A stretch of DNA of 64,000 nucleotides from Eledone cirrhosa (lineage: Eukaryota): the NCBI GenBank assembly GCA_964016885.1, contig OZ024760.1, positions 7,502,001 through 7,566,000 of the forward strand, in the 5' to 3' direction. Shown here piece by piece: positions 39,181 to 51,194 of the stretch (positions are counted from its first letter, which is position 1; each line of letters begins with the position of its first letter). The notes beneath the pieces were generated by a model. That model had not been told where the DNA came from. It was given only the letters and a program-made list of their open reading frames with translations, and did not search any database. The position numbers and the translations under genes were made by a program.

Positions 39181-41227
39181 TTTTCTACTTTCCAGGAAAA
39201 AAGTTGATCCTCTCTAACTTGAGTGGTGTGATATAGTGTGGTAAAGTATAGTGTTTCATAGTCTTGTGTGGTGTTGTCTATTGTTGTATAGTGTAGTATG
39301 GCATAGCATGGTCTGATGTGAGGTCGTACAGTGTTTCGTAGTGTGGTGTTGGATAATGTGGTATGGTATAATGTTTGTCAGTGTGGCATGGTATGGTATA
39401 GGTTGATGTAGTGTGGCTTTGTTTGATTATAATAATACAAATAATAATAACAATAATAATAGTAATAATAATTGTTCTTCTTGTTCATTTTCTTTGTTTT
39501 CTTCTGTGCCTTTGACTTCTTCTGTGCCTTTGACTTCTTCTGTGCCTTTGACTTCTTCTGTGCCTTTGACTTCTTCTGTGCCTTTGACTGCTTCTGTGCC
39601 TTTGACTGCTTCTGTGCCTTTGACTTCTTCTGTGCCTTTGACTTCTTCTGTGCCTTTATCTTCTCCTCTGCCATCTAAATACCAAAAACAAAGAATGTAA
39701 AACATATATCTTGCCTATCTCTCAGACTTTACAAAGTGCTGAGGAGATAAAGTTAATTTAAAGAGCAGTGTGCTCATGCACTGTGATCCTATAATGTAGC
39801 TTATAAGCTATTTCATAACTAAAAAACAATGTCAAACATCAACAAAAGTATATACAAATATCTTTGAATGTTTAAGTTAAACCTAAATAGATCGTATCTA
39901 CAGGTCATTAGGTTAAGGCTGAACTAAGATCATATCTATAAATCATTAGGTTTAGACTGAACTGAGATCATACTTTCTTCTTCTTTTCGTCATCTTCGTT
40001 TCCTGTGTCTTCTTTGTCTTTGTTGTCATTTTCATTTTAGTCGTCTGCTTCGTCGTCTTTTTCTTCTTTTCCATCTAAATATAAAAAAAAATTGTAAACA
40101 AATATATAGCTGATCTCTCAGACTTTCACGAAACACTGAGGGGATACAGATAATATAACGAGTGGGGAGCTCATATATATATATATATATGGTATAGCAT
40201 GGTGTTATGTGGTCTGGTGTGGTACAACATGGTGTAATGTGGTGTGGTATGATATGGTGAGGCAAGGGGGGGGGGGGGGGGGGGGGGCACAATGTTAGAT
40301 TAATGTTAACAATACACATGTAGCATCCACATGTGATGAGAAGGGGGAAACAGTGTTTAACTAATTTCAACATTACATTATAGCATCCATCTACAGGTGA
40401 TTAAGTTAAGACTGAGGTGAAATCATATGAAAAGGCCAATTTAAAACTACACTGAGATTCTGCTTAAAATGATGGTCAATGAAGTGTTTACTTACTCAGA
40501 TCCTTTGAAATAACTTTCTTTCTCTTACTGTAACTGGACATACCTACGAAATAGAAAACAGTCGAATAGACAGTGGTGTGGTGTGGTGTGGTGTAGTGTG
40601 GTGTGGTGTAGTGTAGTGGAGTGTGGTTCAATGTAGGGTGGGGGATATGGTGTAGTGGAGTGTGGTGGGATGTAGTGTGGTAGCATGTGGTGTGATGGCA
40701 TTTGATGTGGTGTGGTGCGGTGAAATGTGGTGTGGCGTGGTGGATTGTGATGTGATGTGATGAAATGTGGCGTGGCGTGGTGAAATGAGGCGAGATGTGA
40801 TGTGGTGTGATGTGATGTGAAATTTTTTCATCCTATTTTTCATGTGCTATCAATTAATCCAATCTCCAAGATGCTTGAAACTGACTTTTTCCCCCCAGGA
40901 AAACGGCGGGGTGTGGTGGTTCCCCCTTCACCCGGATAACCCCTGCTTACTCGGAATTTTCTCTTTGATTCTATTTTCATGCGTTATCAGTGAATATGAC
41001 TTCCAAACCAGTCAAAAACAACTAGCTTTGGAGAAAGAGGAGAAGAGTTTTGCAGATCTACACCCCACTCACATGTTGTGGGATCATTTTCGGTATATGT
41101 CCTATGCTATTTCCTATGCTATTTCCTATGCTATTTCCTATGCTATTTTCTATGCTATTTCCTATTCTATTTCCTGTGCTATTAATTAATCTGACCTCCT
41201 AGATGCTTCCAATCAACTTATTTCCCT

Positions 41228-41570
41228 GGGTTAGGTTTAGGGTTTAGTTTTAGGGTTGGGGTAAAGTTTAGGGTTTAGTTTTAGGGTTGGGGTAATGTTT
41301 AGGGTCTAGTTTTAGGGTTGGGGTAAAGTTTAGGGTTTAGTTTTAGGTTTGGGGTAAAGTTTAGGGTTTAGTTTTAGGTTTGGGGTAAAGTTTAGGGTTT
41401 AGTTTTAGGGTTGGGGTAATGTTTAGGGTTTAGTTTTATTGTTGGGGTATAGTTTAGGGTTTGTTTTAAGGGTTGGGGTAATGTTTATATTTAGATTTAG
41501 CTTGGTTTGGTTTAGATTTAGAGTTTAGGGTTGGGGCTAGATTTAATTTTATGTTTAATTTAGTTTTAGT
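41228..41570. repeat. Telomere-like 30-bp array (TTTAGGG/TTGGGG variants)
   Basis: Unit GTTTAGGGTTTAGTTTTAGGGTTGGGGTAA(A/T). Confidence 0.85.
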
Positions 41571-42420
41571 TTCCAAATCCCAGGAAAAAAAAATTAATTC
41601 AGAGCAACTAAAAGGTCAGATTAGTTGATAGCACTGAAAAGGAGACCGAAGAAAAATCATTAGGGTATATATCTACAAAACGACAATGGTTTTTCCACCT
41701 GCTTTACCCCTCCTTTTTCCTAGAACAACTAATCATTTCCAACTGGTTTGGAGATCATATTCGTTGATAACATACGAAAAATCTTAGAGAAAACTCTGGG
41801 GTTAAATGAGAGAAGTGCATCCACCTAAGTTTTCCATGAAGAGAGAGTCAATAACAAACATCTTGGAGATCAGATTAGTTGATAACACATGAAAAAAAGA
41901 TGAGGAAAAAATTTTGGGTGTTATGTGGTATGGAGTAGTGTGCTGTGTTTTTATGTGGAGTGGAGTAGTGTGGTGTTTTTATGTGGTGTGATGTAGTGAG
42001 GTGTGGTGTGTTGTGTTGTGGTGTTATGTGGTGTGGTGTAGTGTGGTGTGTTTTTATGTGTTCTAATGTGGTGTGATGTAGTGAGGAGTGGTGTGTTGTG
42101 TTGTGGTGTTATGTGGTGTGGAGTAGTGTGGTGTAGTGTTGTATGTTTTTATGTGGTGTGGTAAAGTGTGGTGTGATGTGGTGCGGTGCAGTGTGGTGTT
42201 GTGCAGTGCGGTGTTGTGCAGTGAGGTTCTTCATCTTTATCTTTCTCTTCTTCATCTTTGTATTCATCTTCTTTGTTTTGTCTTCCATCTAAACAAAAAA
42301 AAATATATATATATGAAACATATATGTAGCCAATTTCTCAGACTTTTACAAAGCTCCAGGGAGATAAATTTAATATAGGTGTTGTGTTCCTGAACAGATA
42401 CTACAAAATAGCTTAAAAGC

Positions 42421-42452
<32 letters not shown>

Positions 42453-42494
42453 AATAAATATACATGGGTGTGTATGATTGTGTATAGAAGATTA

Positions 42495-43630
42495 TATTAA
42501 TAAAAGGAATTCCAACTTTGTCTGATTTACTCGTTTTATTTACAATCCTTTAAAATTATAATGGTATTAGAATGAAATAGTATGGTAGAATATTAAGTGT
42601 TAAGTGTTAATTGAACAAGTAATTTCATGCTTTCGCAATCTTCAGGTTCATATTCTGTGGTGACAGTCAAGTTTACAATTTTCAACTGTAATGAGATGGG
42701 TAAATTTTGTGCCTTATATACAGTGAAAAGCGGCTACAGAATGATAAATTTTGCGAACTGTATTTCGACCAATCGGTGTGTAATTTTCACTGGATTACTG
42801 AAGCTGATTGGTTTAGGCATCACGGTTGGTTGGGCATGTCTAATGACTTCTATTTGGCCCTATTCAAAGCATCAATTGTTTTGCTATTTTTAGAAATGAT
42901 GAAAATAGCATTTTCTAGGGTTTTTATACCCCTTAGAATTATTATTGTTCATTTAGCTTGGGTTGGAATTTTGAAAAATATTCCCAAATGCAAATATGAA
43001 CTGCAAAAGCAGAAATCTAATTAACTGCATTAAATGCTCGAATTGTGAAGAACTGTATGTCGGTCAAACTCAAAATGCACTATCGGAACGTGCAAATCAG
43101 AGACCCAAATGTTCGTCAGATACCCCTGAGTAACCATCTAGCAACATGTGGTCAGAAAATATTTATAATATTTCCATTCTACAAATTACACAGGCCAAGT
43201 GAAATCAAGAGAAAAATCAAAGAAAAGAATTTTATTGATAAATTCCAACCCAAGCTAATAATTCTTAGGGGTATAAAAACCCTAAAAAATGCTATTTACA
43301 TCATTTCTAAAAATAGCAAAACAATTGATGCTTTGAATAGAGCCAAATAGAAGTCGTTAGACATGCTCAACCAACCATGACGCCTAAACCAATCAGTTTC
43401 AGAAATCCAGTGAAACTACACACCAATTGGTCGAAATACAGTTTGCAAAATTTATCATTCTGTAGCCACTTTTCTCTGTATATAAGGCACAACATTTACC
43501 CATCTCATTACAGTTGAAAATTGCAAACTTGACTGTCACCACAGAATATGAACCTGAAGATTGCGAAAGCATAAAAGTACTTGTTCAATTAACATTTAAC
43601 ACTTAATATTCTACCATACTATTCAGATTA
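42495..43630 (+). mobile_element. Penelope-like element end with inverted copy (about 42565-42965 vs 43245-43630) and two mutated hammerhead motifs (42612-42650 minus, 43549-43587 plus)
   Basis: Translation QIRDPNVRQIPLSNHLATCG...FPFYKL...KEKNFIDKFQPKL resembles a GIY-YIG C-terminus. Same family as 10715-10985. Flanked by (TA)n. Confidence 0.8.
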
Positions 43631-43643
43631 CATCTATATATAT

Positions 43644-43686
<43 letters not shown>

Positions 43687-43964
43687 CACACATATACATA
43701 TATACAAATACACATATACATGCATATATATATACACATATACAGATATATACATGCATATATATATACATATACAATATGTATAGGATTCCTTTCCCTT
43801 TGAGCACATAATTTAAAGGGAATAATGCGACTCTATGGCTTCGTTAATTTATCTTCATATATATATATACATATATATACATACACACATATATATGCAT
43901 ACACACACACACATATATGCATACACACACATATATATACATACACACATATATATACATACAC

Positions 43965-46490
43965 AACATAGCTTAGTTGTCAGCAACCTCACGGTCAGAA
44001 CTAGACGAACCTGGAAACAGAGGCCAACCTGGAGAAGAAAGATCTGGAAGCTGAAAGACCCCTCAGCCAGTAACAGATTTAAAGATATTTTACTCAACGC
44101 CTACGACAGTAGAGAAGAACAGATAGAGACATTCAATGTAGAAGAGCACTGGGAATTCCTAAAAAATAACTTACTAGAGGCGACGGATGAGGTCTGTGGC
44201 TGGAGTAAGACCACAAGCAGGTGGAGAGTGACTTGGTGGTGGAACAATAAGGTAGATGAGGCAGTTAAGGCCAAGAGACAGGCATGGAAAGAATGGAAGA
44301 ACGGGGGGGGGGGTACATTACATAAAGACCAAGAGAGAAGCTAGGCGACAAGTATACTTAGCTAGGAGGGAAGCAGAGGATAGAAAATTCAAGCATGTTT
44401 TGCAACGAGAGGACCAGAAACAGGAGGTGTTCAAGATTGCGAGGCAGTGTGTCAGAGAGAGTTGTGATGTCATTGGAGAGAAGTGAATCCGGAATGATAA
44501 AGGTGAGCTTGCCCTCACAAGTGCTGAGAAGAAAGATGCATGGAAGAGTCATTATAATAGATTACAAAATGAGGAGAATGCATGGGAAGAAGAGAACCTA
44601 CCCCAAGTAGACCCTATAGAGGAGCAAGCAGTACAAGTCACCAGCAGTGTAGTAAGTAAGGCAATCAAAGATATGAAGATGAGGAAGGCAACCAGTCCAT
44701 CGGGTATAGCTGCCGAGATGCTGAAGGCATCTGGGTCTGTAGGTCACACTATAACCACACGTATTGTTAACCAGGTAATACTAGAAGGTGTCATACCAAA
44801 AGATTGGTGCAGTAGCATCATTGTCAACTGCTACAAAGGTAAAGGTGATGCACTCGATAGAGGAAACTATAGAGGTATAAAGCTGATGGACCAGGTCATG
44901 AAAGTAACAGAAAGAGTTATAGCACAGTTGATTAGGGACCGGGTGAAACTAGAAGAGATGCAATTTGGGTTTGTACCAGGAAGAGGCACCACTGATGCCC
45001 TCTTCCTTGTGAGGCAGTTACAGGAAAAGTACCTAGCTAAAAGTAAGCCACTCTACCTGGCATTCGTCGATCTCGAGAAAGCCTTTGACAGAGTTCCACG
45101 TTCTGTAATCTGGTGGGCTCTTAGAAAACTAGGAGTAGATGAATGGCTTGTGAAAGCGGTACAAGCCATGTATAGAGGAGCAGTCAGCAAAGTTAGGATT
45201 AGCAATGAGTATAGCGAGGAATTTAGCGTACAGGTTGGGGTCCACCAGGGCTCTGTTCTTAGCCCCCTCCTGTTCATCATAGTCCTGCAGGCAATAATGG
45301 AGGAGTTTAAGACCGGATGCCCATGGGAACTCCTGTATGCTGATGACCTCGCGCTTATAGCTGAATCTATGGTAGCACTAGAGAAGAAATTCCAAACTTG
45401 GAAGCAGGGACTAGAAAGAAAGGGTCTCAAAGTCAACATGACAAAGACTAAGGTCCTTGTAAGTAGACGAGAAAACAGAACCCAGATCCCCTCAGGGAAA
45501 TGGCCTTGCTCAGTATGTAGGAAAGGTGTAGGTAGGAACTCCATTCTCTGCCCCAAATGCAAACAATGGGTACACAAGAGATGTAGCGAGATCTCAGGAA
45601 ACTTAATTAAGAATGTAGGCTTCACATGCAGCAGCTGTACTGGGACAGCAAGCAGCAAACAGCCACAGGAAACAAGTACCAGCAATCTCTGGGAGGGCTC
45701 TGTAGAAACAGTAGACAGCTTCTGCTACCTAAGTGACCGAATTAGCAGCGGAGGTGGGTGTTCAGAAAGTACAATAACTAGGGTAAGAACGGGATGGAAG
45801 AAGTTTAGGGAACTACTACCACTGCTAGCTGCAAAAGGCTTCTCCCTCAGAATGAAAGGCAGACTGTATGATGCGTGTATCCGAACAGCAATGTTGCATG
45901 GTAGTGAGACCTGGGTGCTGAAGGTGGAAGACTTACGTAGATTAGAGAGAAACGAAGCCTGCATGGTCCGATGGATGTGTAACAGTAATATATATGAACG
46001 ACAAAGCATAAATGAATTGAGAGAGAGACTGAGCATAAGAGGAATCAAATGCTATGTACAGGAGAGGCGGTTGCGCTGGTATGGACATGTGATGCATATG
46101 AAGGATGACAGCTGCATAAAAAGGTGCAGAGCACTAGAAGTCGATGGAAACCGCGGAGTGGGGAGACCCAAGATGACCTGGGATGAGGTGATAAAAGCCG
46201 ACCTTACCCAATTACACCTCTCAAAGGCAATGACACACGACCGTGACTTCTGGCGTCATGCAGTAATACAGAGTACCCGACCTCCCATGGGTACAAGCTG
46301 AAGCATATAGACAATATGCCCCCACACACCCCACCGCAAGGTGGTCGTGGAGGTGCCACGGCAAAAAAGCACCCAGCCCACACTGTAAAGTGGACGTGTA
46401 AGCGCCACGAAAAAGCACCCAGCACTCACTGTAAATGAGGTTGGTGTTAGGAAGGGCATCCAGCTGTAGAAATCAAGCCAAATCAGATCG
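43965..46490 (+). mobile_element. RTE-clade LINE, 5'-truncated, with intact RT region (ORF 44673-46301) and 3' UTR
   Basis: Motifs NYRGIKL, QFGF, FVDLEKAFDRV, GVHQGSVLSPLLF, LLYADDL and RRLRWYGHV. The upstream part is broken by a frameshift in a G-run (~44302-44312) and a TGA at 44484. The endonuclease domain is essentially missing. Confidence 0.93.
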
Positions 46491-46940
46491 ACTGAGAAAT
46501 ATACTTGAAGTAGGAGGAAGATCAAGAATATATAAACGGAAAAAATGAAACGAAATTTCATTTCCCACTCTTAGTACGGCTGTTACTTAAATATAAGTAT
46601 GTATACGTACATACATATATGTATACAGACGTACAGTAGTATGTATATATATATATATATACATACATGCACACATATATATATATATGTACGTATGGAT
46701 TCACCGAACATTTATTATAATGCTCGGTGTGTTTGTAAACATACATCCCGAATTAAGCCGTACATATAGAATATATATATATATATATATATATATGCAA
46801 GAGTTCTATTTAAATTGTTGGGATACAACAAGCAAATATTTTTATAACTGATATAAAGCACTCAACAAGTATTTGGGGTAAACATACGGGTATGTTTGTA
46901 AGGGTATGTCAATATTTATTTATAAAACTGGTATATATTG

Positions 46941-47005
46941 TATTTTGTCTGATGAAAGCATACCATAATTTAACGTGGTGTCCTTGAAATATGTATAATA
47001 AAATA
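46941..47005 (+). ncRNA. Type I hammerhead motif, with a degenerate inverted copy at about 47412-47525
   Basis: TATTTTGT-CTGATGA-AAGCATACCAT...GTGGTGTCCTT-GAAA-TATGTATA-ATAAAATA. All three stems pair, AUA triplet. The inverted copy has the core mutated to CTTATGA. Confidence 0.65.
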
Positions 47006-47701
47006 GATATGGTTATATAAATATAGTTTCCATTTGTTAATATCGTATATATATATATATATATAGTAAAGAAATACGGAGATGCATAGACAAACAGAGC
47101 AAGGGAGAAAGAAAGAAAGAAAGATATTAGTTTTTCTATTTAGTTTTACAACACATCAACCGCCAACTAAGTGTATCCCGTAACATAAAAAGTAACTCAA
47201 ACATACACATTAAGAAAAAACTAAAAAGACGAGGAAATCAAACAAGGACGAGTGTATATATTTATATAGTATCCCTTCTAAATTTCTTTATCAATTTGTT
47301 GTTTGTGCTAGTGACTTTCATATCTGTAAATATGAATAGATGTGTTGAGAAGAACATTTGGTATTTTAAGTATACATACATATATACATACATATATATA
47401 TATATACATACAATATATTAATAAATGGAAACTATTTATAAAACCATATTTATTTTATACATATTTCAAGGGCCACCAAAGGCAAATTATGGTGCGCTTT
47501 CATAAGATAAAATAAATATATATACATACATTCACACACATATATACATACATTCACACACATATATACATACATTCACACATATATATATATATATAGC
47601 TATATGAAACTTAATTATTCGTTTAACATATACATAACTCATCCGTCAGACTGAACGTTTTTAATGTCAACACTTTTTAATAATTATTTGATGTTACTTA
47701 C

Positions 47702-47815
47702 CTTTTTACTGCTTCTTCTTTACTCTTGCGTTTGTTGACATGGAGAAAAATGGCGCCAAACTTTTCCTTTTGAAAGAATAATGTGATTTGTCACGTGATT
47801 GTGTTCACGTGATAT
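47702..47815 (-). promoter_or_regulatory. Putative promoter and non-coding first exon on the minus strand (possibly the MTMR14 5' UTR)
   Basis: Perfect donor AG|GTAAGT at 47702, YY1-like CGCCATTTT, and two TCACGTGA E-boxes at about 47791 and 47805. A possible acceptor TTCCTAG lies 2 nt upstream of the MTMR14 ATG. Confidence 0.45.
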
Positions 47816-49189
47816 TACCTCTAAATATGTGAATGGGCACTACAACGCTATTAGCTGTCAGCCGAAAGCAGCCGATGAAAGCAAAACATCGTTTATTTCC
47901 GTATTACTACTACGCGTAAGTGGATTTTTTTTTTGATTTTTTATTAAAGCATATAGATGTAAGTGGAGTTACTTAAATGAAAATATCACGCGTTTTTTTT
48001 TATATTTTTTTTTTTATTAAAGCATATCGATGTAAGTGGAGTTACTTAAATGAAAATATAGGTGGCCCTTAAAAGGGCCAAATTAGAAAACAAATTTAAG
48101 TTAATTAGAAAACAAGTCATGGTTATCAAATAAATTGGATTTAATCATTTATATTTTCATAGTCATTGTTATCAATGTAGAAAACAAGTCATTTTCACCC
48201 ACAGTGGAGTTAACTTAAATGAAAATATAGGTGGCCCTTAAAAGGGCCAAATTGTTAATGGAATTAACCATCGCTACCGCTACTACAGCAGATACCATCA
48301 ATCTCCATGGGGACTGTCTCTTGTCTCCATGGGGACTGTATCCATGCTTTTGAATAAGGTTGGTGAAAATAATTTGTTTTCTAAACATTTCTTCATAAAG
48401 GGTTGGTGAAAAAAATTTGATAACCATAAATTTGTTTTCTAATTTGGCCCTTTATTTTCATTTAAGTAACTTCACTTACATCGATATGCTTTAATAAAAA
48501 AAATTAAACACGCGTGAAAACTCCACTTACGCGTGGTGGTAGTAATACGGAAATAAACGATGCCCATATAGTATGTGTATATGGGGGAGGGGTATGTTAA
48601 AGTAAGGGAGTACAAGTGTTTGTGAAACATTTAACCATTTACATTATAAATTCAAATGTGTGGGTAGTTCTTGGTGATCGAACGAAATTAACCGATACGA
48701 GATCCATTAATTCTGTATAAGCCTATCAGAGGTTCATCGATATACCAACCATTGGTAAATATTCCACACACATACACACATATATATATATATATACATA
48801 CGTACACAGCATTCTCCTCACGAAGGGCGAGAGTGGCGATCGCAAACATATATACATATACACACAAACACATACACCCCATATATATATATATATACGC
48901 AGAAACACACACATACAATAACGACGAGTACTACGATTCTGGAGGAGCGAATGATGGAGAAGATGAAACTCTCTGCCGCAGAATAAATGGTATTTAATTT
49001 TAATAATAATTGTTTCTACGTTAGGCACAAGGCCAGCAAATACCCAGTTTATTACTGGTACTTTATTTTATCGACCCCGTAAGGATGAAAGGCAAAGTTA
49101 ACCTCGGCGGGATTTGAACTCAGAATGGCAAGGGGGTAACTCTATGCGCCAAAGCATGGCATCCGACATTCTACCAAAATAATAATACT

Positions 49190-49259
<70 letters not shown>

Positions 49260-49496
49260 CTTAATTGAATTGATTATCATTATCGTTTTTATGGCAAAAG
49301 ATAGACAGAGAGGGAAAGAGATAGACAGAGGGAAAGATTTTCACATAGATATACTATATATAGGAACGAGTAGGACCCCGATGGCTGAGCTCAAGCCGTC
49401 GGGGTCCTACTCGTTCCTATTACCCACTCTACTACCCTAAGTATTGAGTACTTTGGTGCGTTATGGTCTATCTGGTTCCTTACCACATTTCCTTCG

Positions 49497-49563
<67 letters not shown>

Positions 49564-51109
49564 AGAAAGAAGAGAAAAAAACGAGACCCTTAGAAACGAA
49601 TAAGAGTCATCAAAGCGATCATATGTATTGCTTTAAACTGTAATGCGAAGGGATACACTAGAATTTGAGGTACCATCATTTGGGATTTTAATCCTCGGAC
49701 TTTTCCCTCCCGGTTTTGAAATTTAGGGATGACTGGGAATATTACATAATGTAGGGATTTTCTTTTCCTTTTCTATCATTTCTTATTTATGTATTTATAT
49801 ATTTATTTAACTACTCTCGTGATTGATACTCCGACAAATGTTAGGGGTGTATTTTGGTTTTTTATTATGTCAGGTATAGCATCCAAAAATGTCTCCCTTC
49901 CCCCAATATATATATATATATATATACATACACAAACAGTGTCCCCAAAGATGTATACACACTTCAACAGCAAAGTAATCAAAGTGTGTATATATTTTGG
50001 AGGGGACACCGTGTGTATATATATATGTGTGTGTGTGTATATGTGTAACTAGTAAAACTGTAAAAACGCAGCGGTATATTCTAATTTGGCCCTTTTAAGG
50101 GCCACCTATATTTTCATTTAAGTAACTCCACTTACGCGTGGTAGTAATACGGAAATAAACGATGTTTACTAAACAAGTACGGCATATTGTTGGAAAATCC
50201 TTGGTTATTATAATAAAGGCTTCAACTTATTATTATTTATAAAAAATAAAAATAAAAGGATAGATATTAATATTGGGTATATGAAAATTTTATGCAGGGG
50301 TTCCCTGATATGTGAAAACTATTTCAAGGGTAAAAAAAGGGTTGAGAAATGTTGCTCTAGATAAATATCCTTGTTGAATTTATCACAGATCTAAAAATAA
50401 ATCATGTGCTAGTTTGCTCCGACGGGAGAGAGGTGGGTGGGTGGTGGAGATAAAACAAGTACCAGTTATGTACTAGGGATAGATTTAATATCCTGTACTT
50501 TCACAAAAAAGAAAAAATTCTTCCATCTATCTATTCATCTATGATGGAAAATGGTATAAAGCCGCAAGAAATTTTCAATCACCGGTTAAGTTCCAGTTAA
50601 AAATTTATTCCGGGCCTAAATAAAATTGTGAACTTGTTCTTAGGCAAAAACAATCGTTAAATATATCTATAAATACATTTTTTAATTTATTTGTTTTAAA
50701 GGAATCTTTGTTTCACTTCTATTAAGTTATTAACCGTAAGGGGATTCTAAATTTCTAATACAATAACGATATTGTAGTTCGTTTGTTGAGTAAGGAAGGT
50801 TACAAAACAGAGGCCAGAAAAACGTGTTGACATCGCATCTGTGATGTTAGGAAACTAACACATAATCTCAAAACTCTAATTAGTTTTTTTTTATTGTTTT
50901 TTTTATGAAGTCCTAAAGCCTAAATTCTTGAATAATTTCTAAACTCTTCTTTACGGATATAAAACAAACTAAAAAAATCTAGAATATATTGTACACATTT
51001 AAATTCATTCGTGACCAGAGCTAATATATACGGCAATGTCATTTTAACATGCCGATCGCCTCTCTATGTATATATCTGTTAATTCTTGTAATAATCTAGA
51101 ACTCTAGAC

Positions 51110-51194
51110 ATGATTAACGGATGGAAGACTGTCGTGTGTGGAATATCTGGAGGAGTTGATAGTGCTGTCGCGGCTATTTTACTTCGAAAAACAG
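51110..51194 (+). CDS. TRMU: TRMU (mitochondrial tRNA 2-thiouridylase, MnmA family) exon 1 (MINGWKTVVCGISGGVDSAVAAILLRKT)
   Basis: ATG at 51110, SGGVDS PP-loop, donor GTAAGC, phase 1. Confidence 0.95.

Noticed and set aside
41228-41570. True telomere or chromosome fusion site
   Set aside because: It is not pure (TTAGGG)n, is in a single orientation, has 30-bp periodicity, and is embedded in a repeat element.
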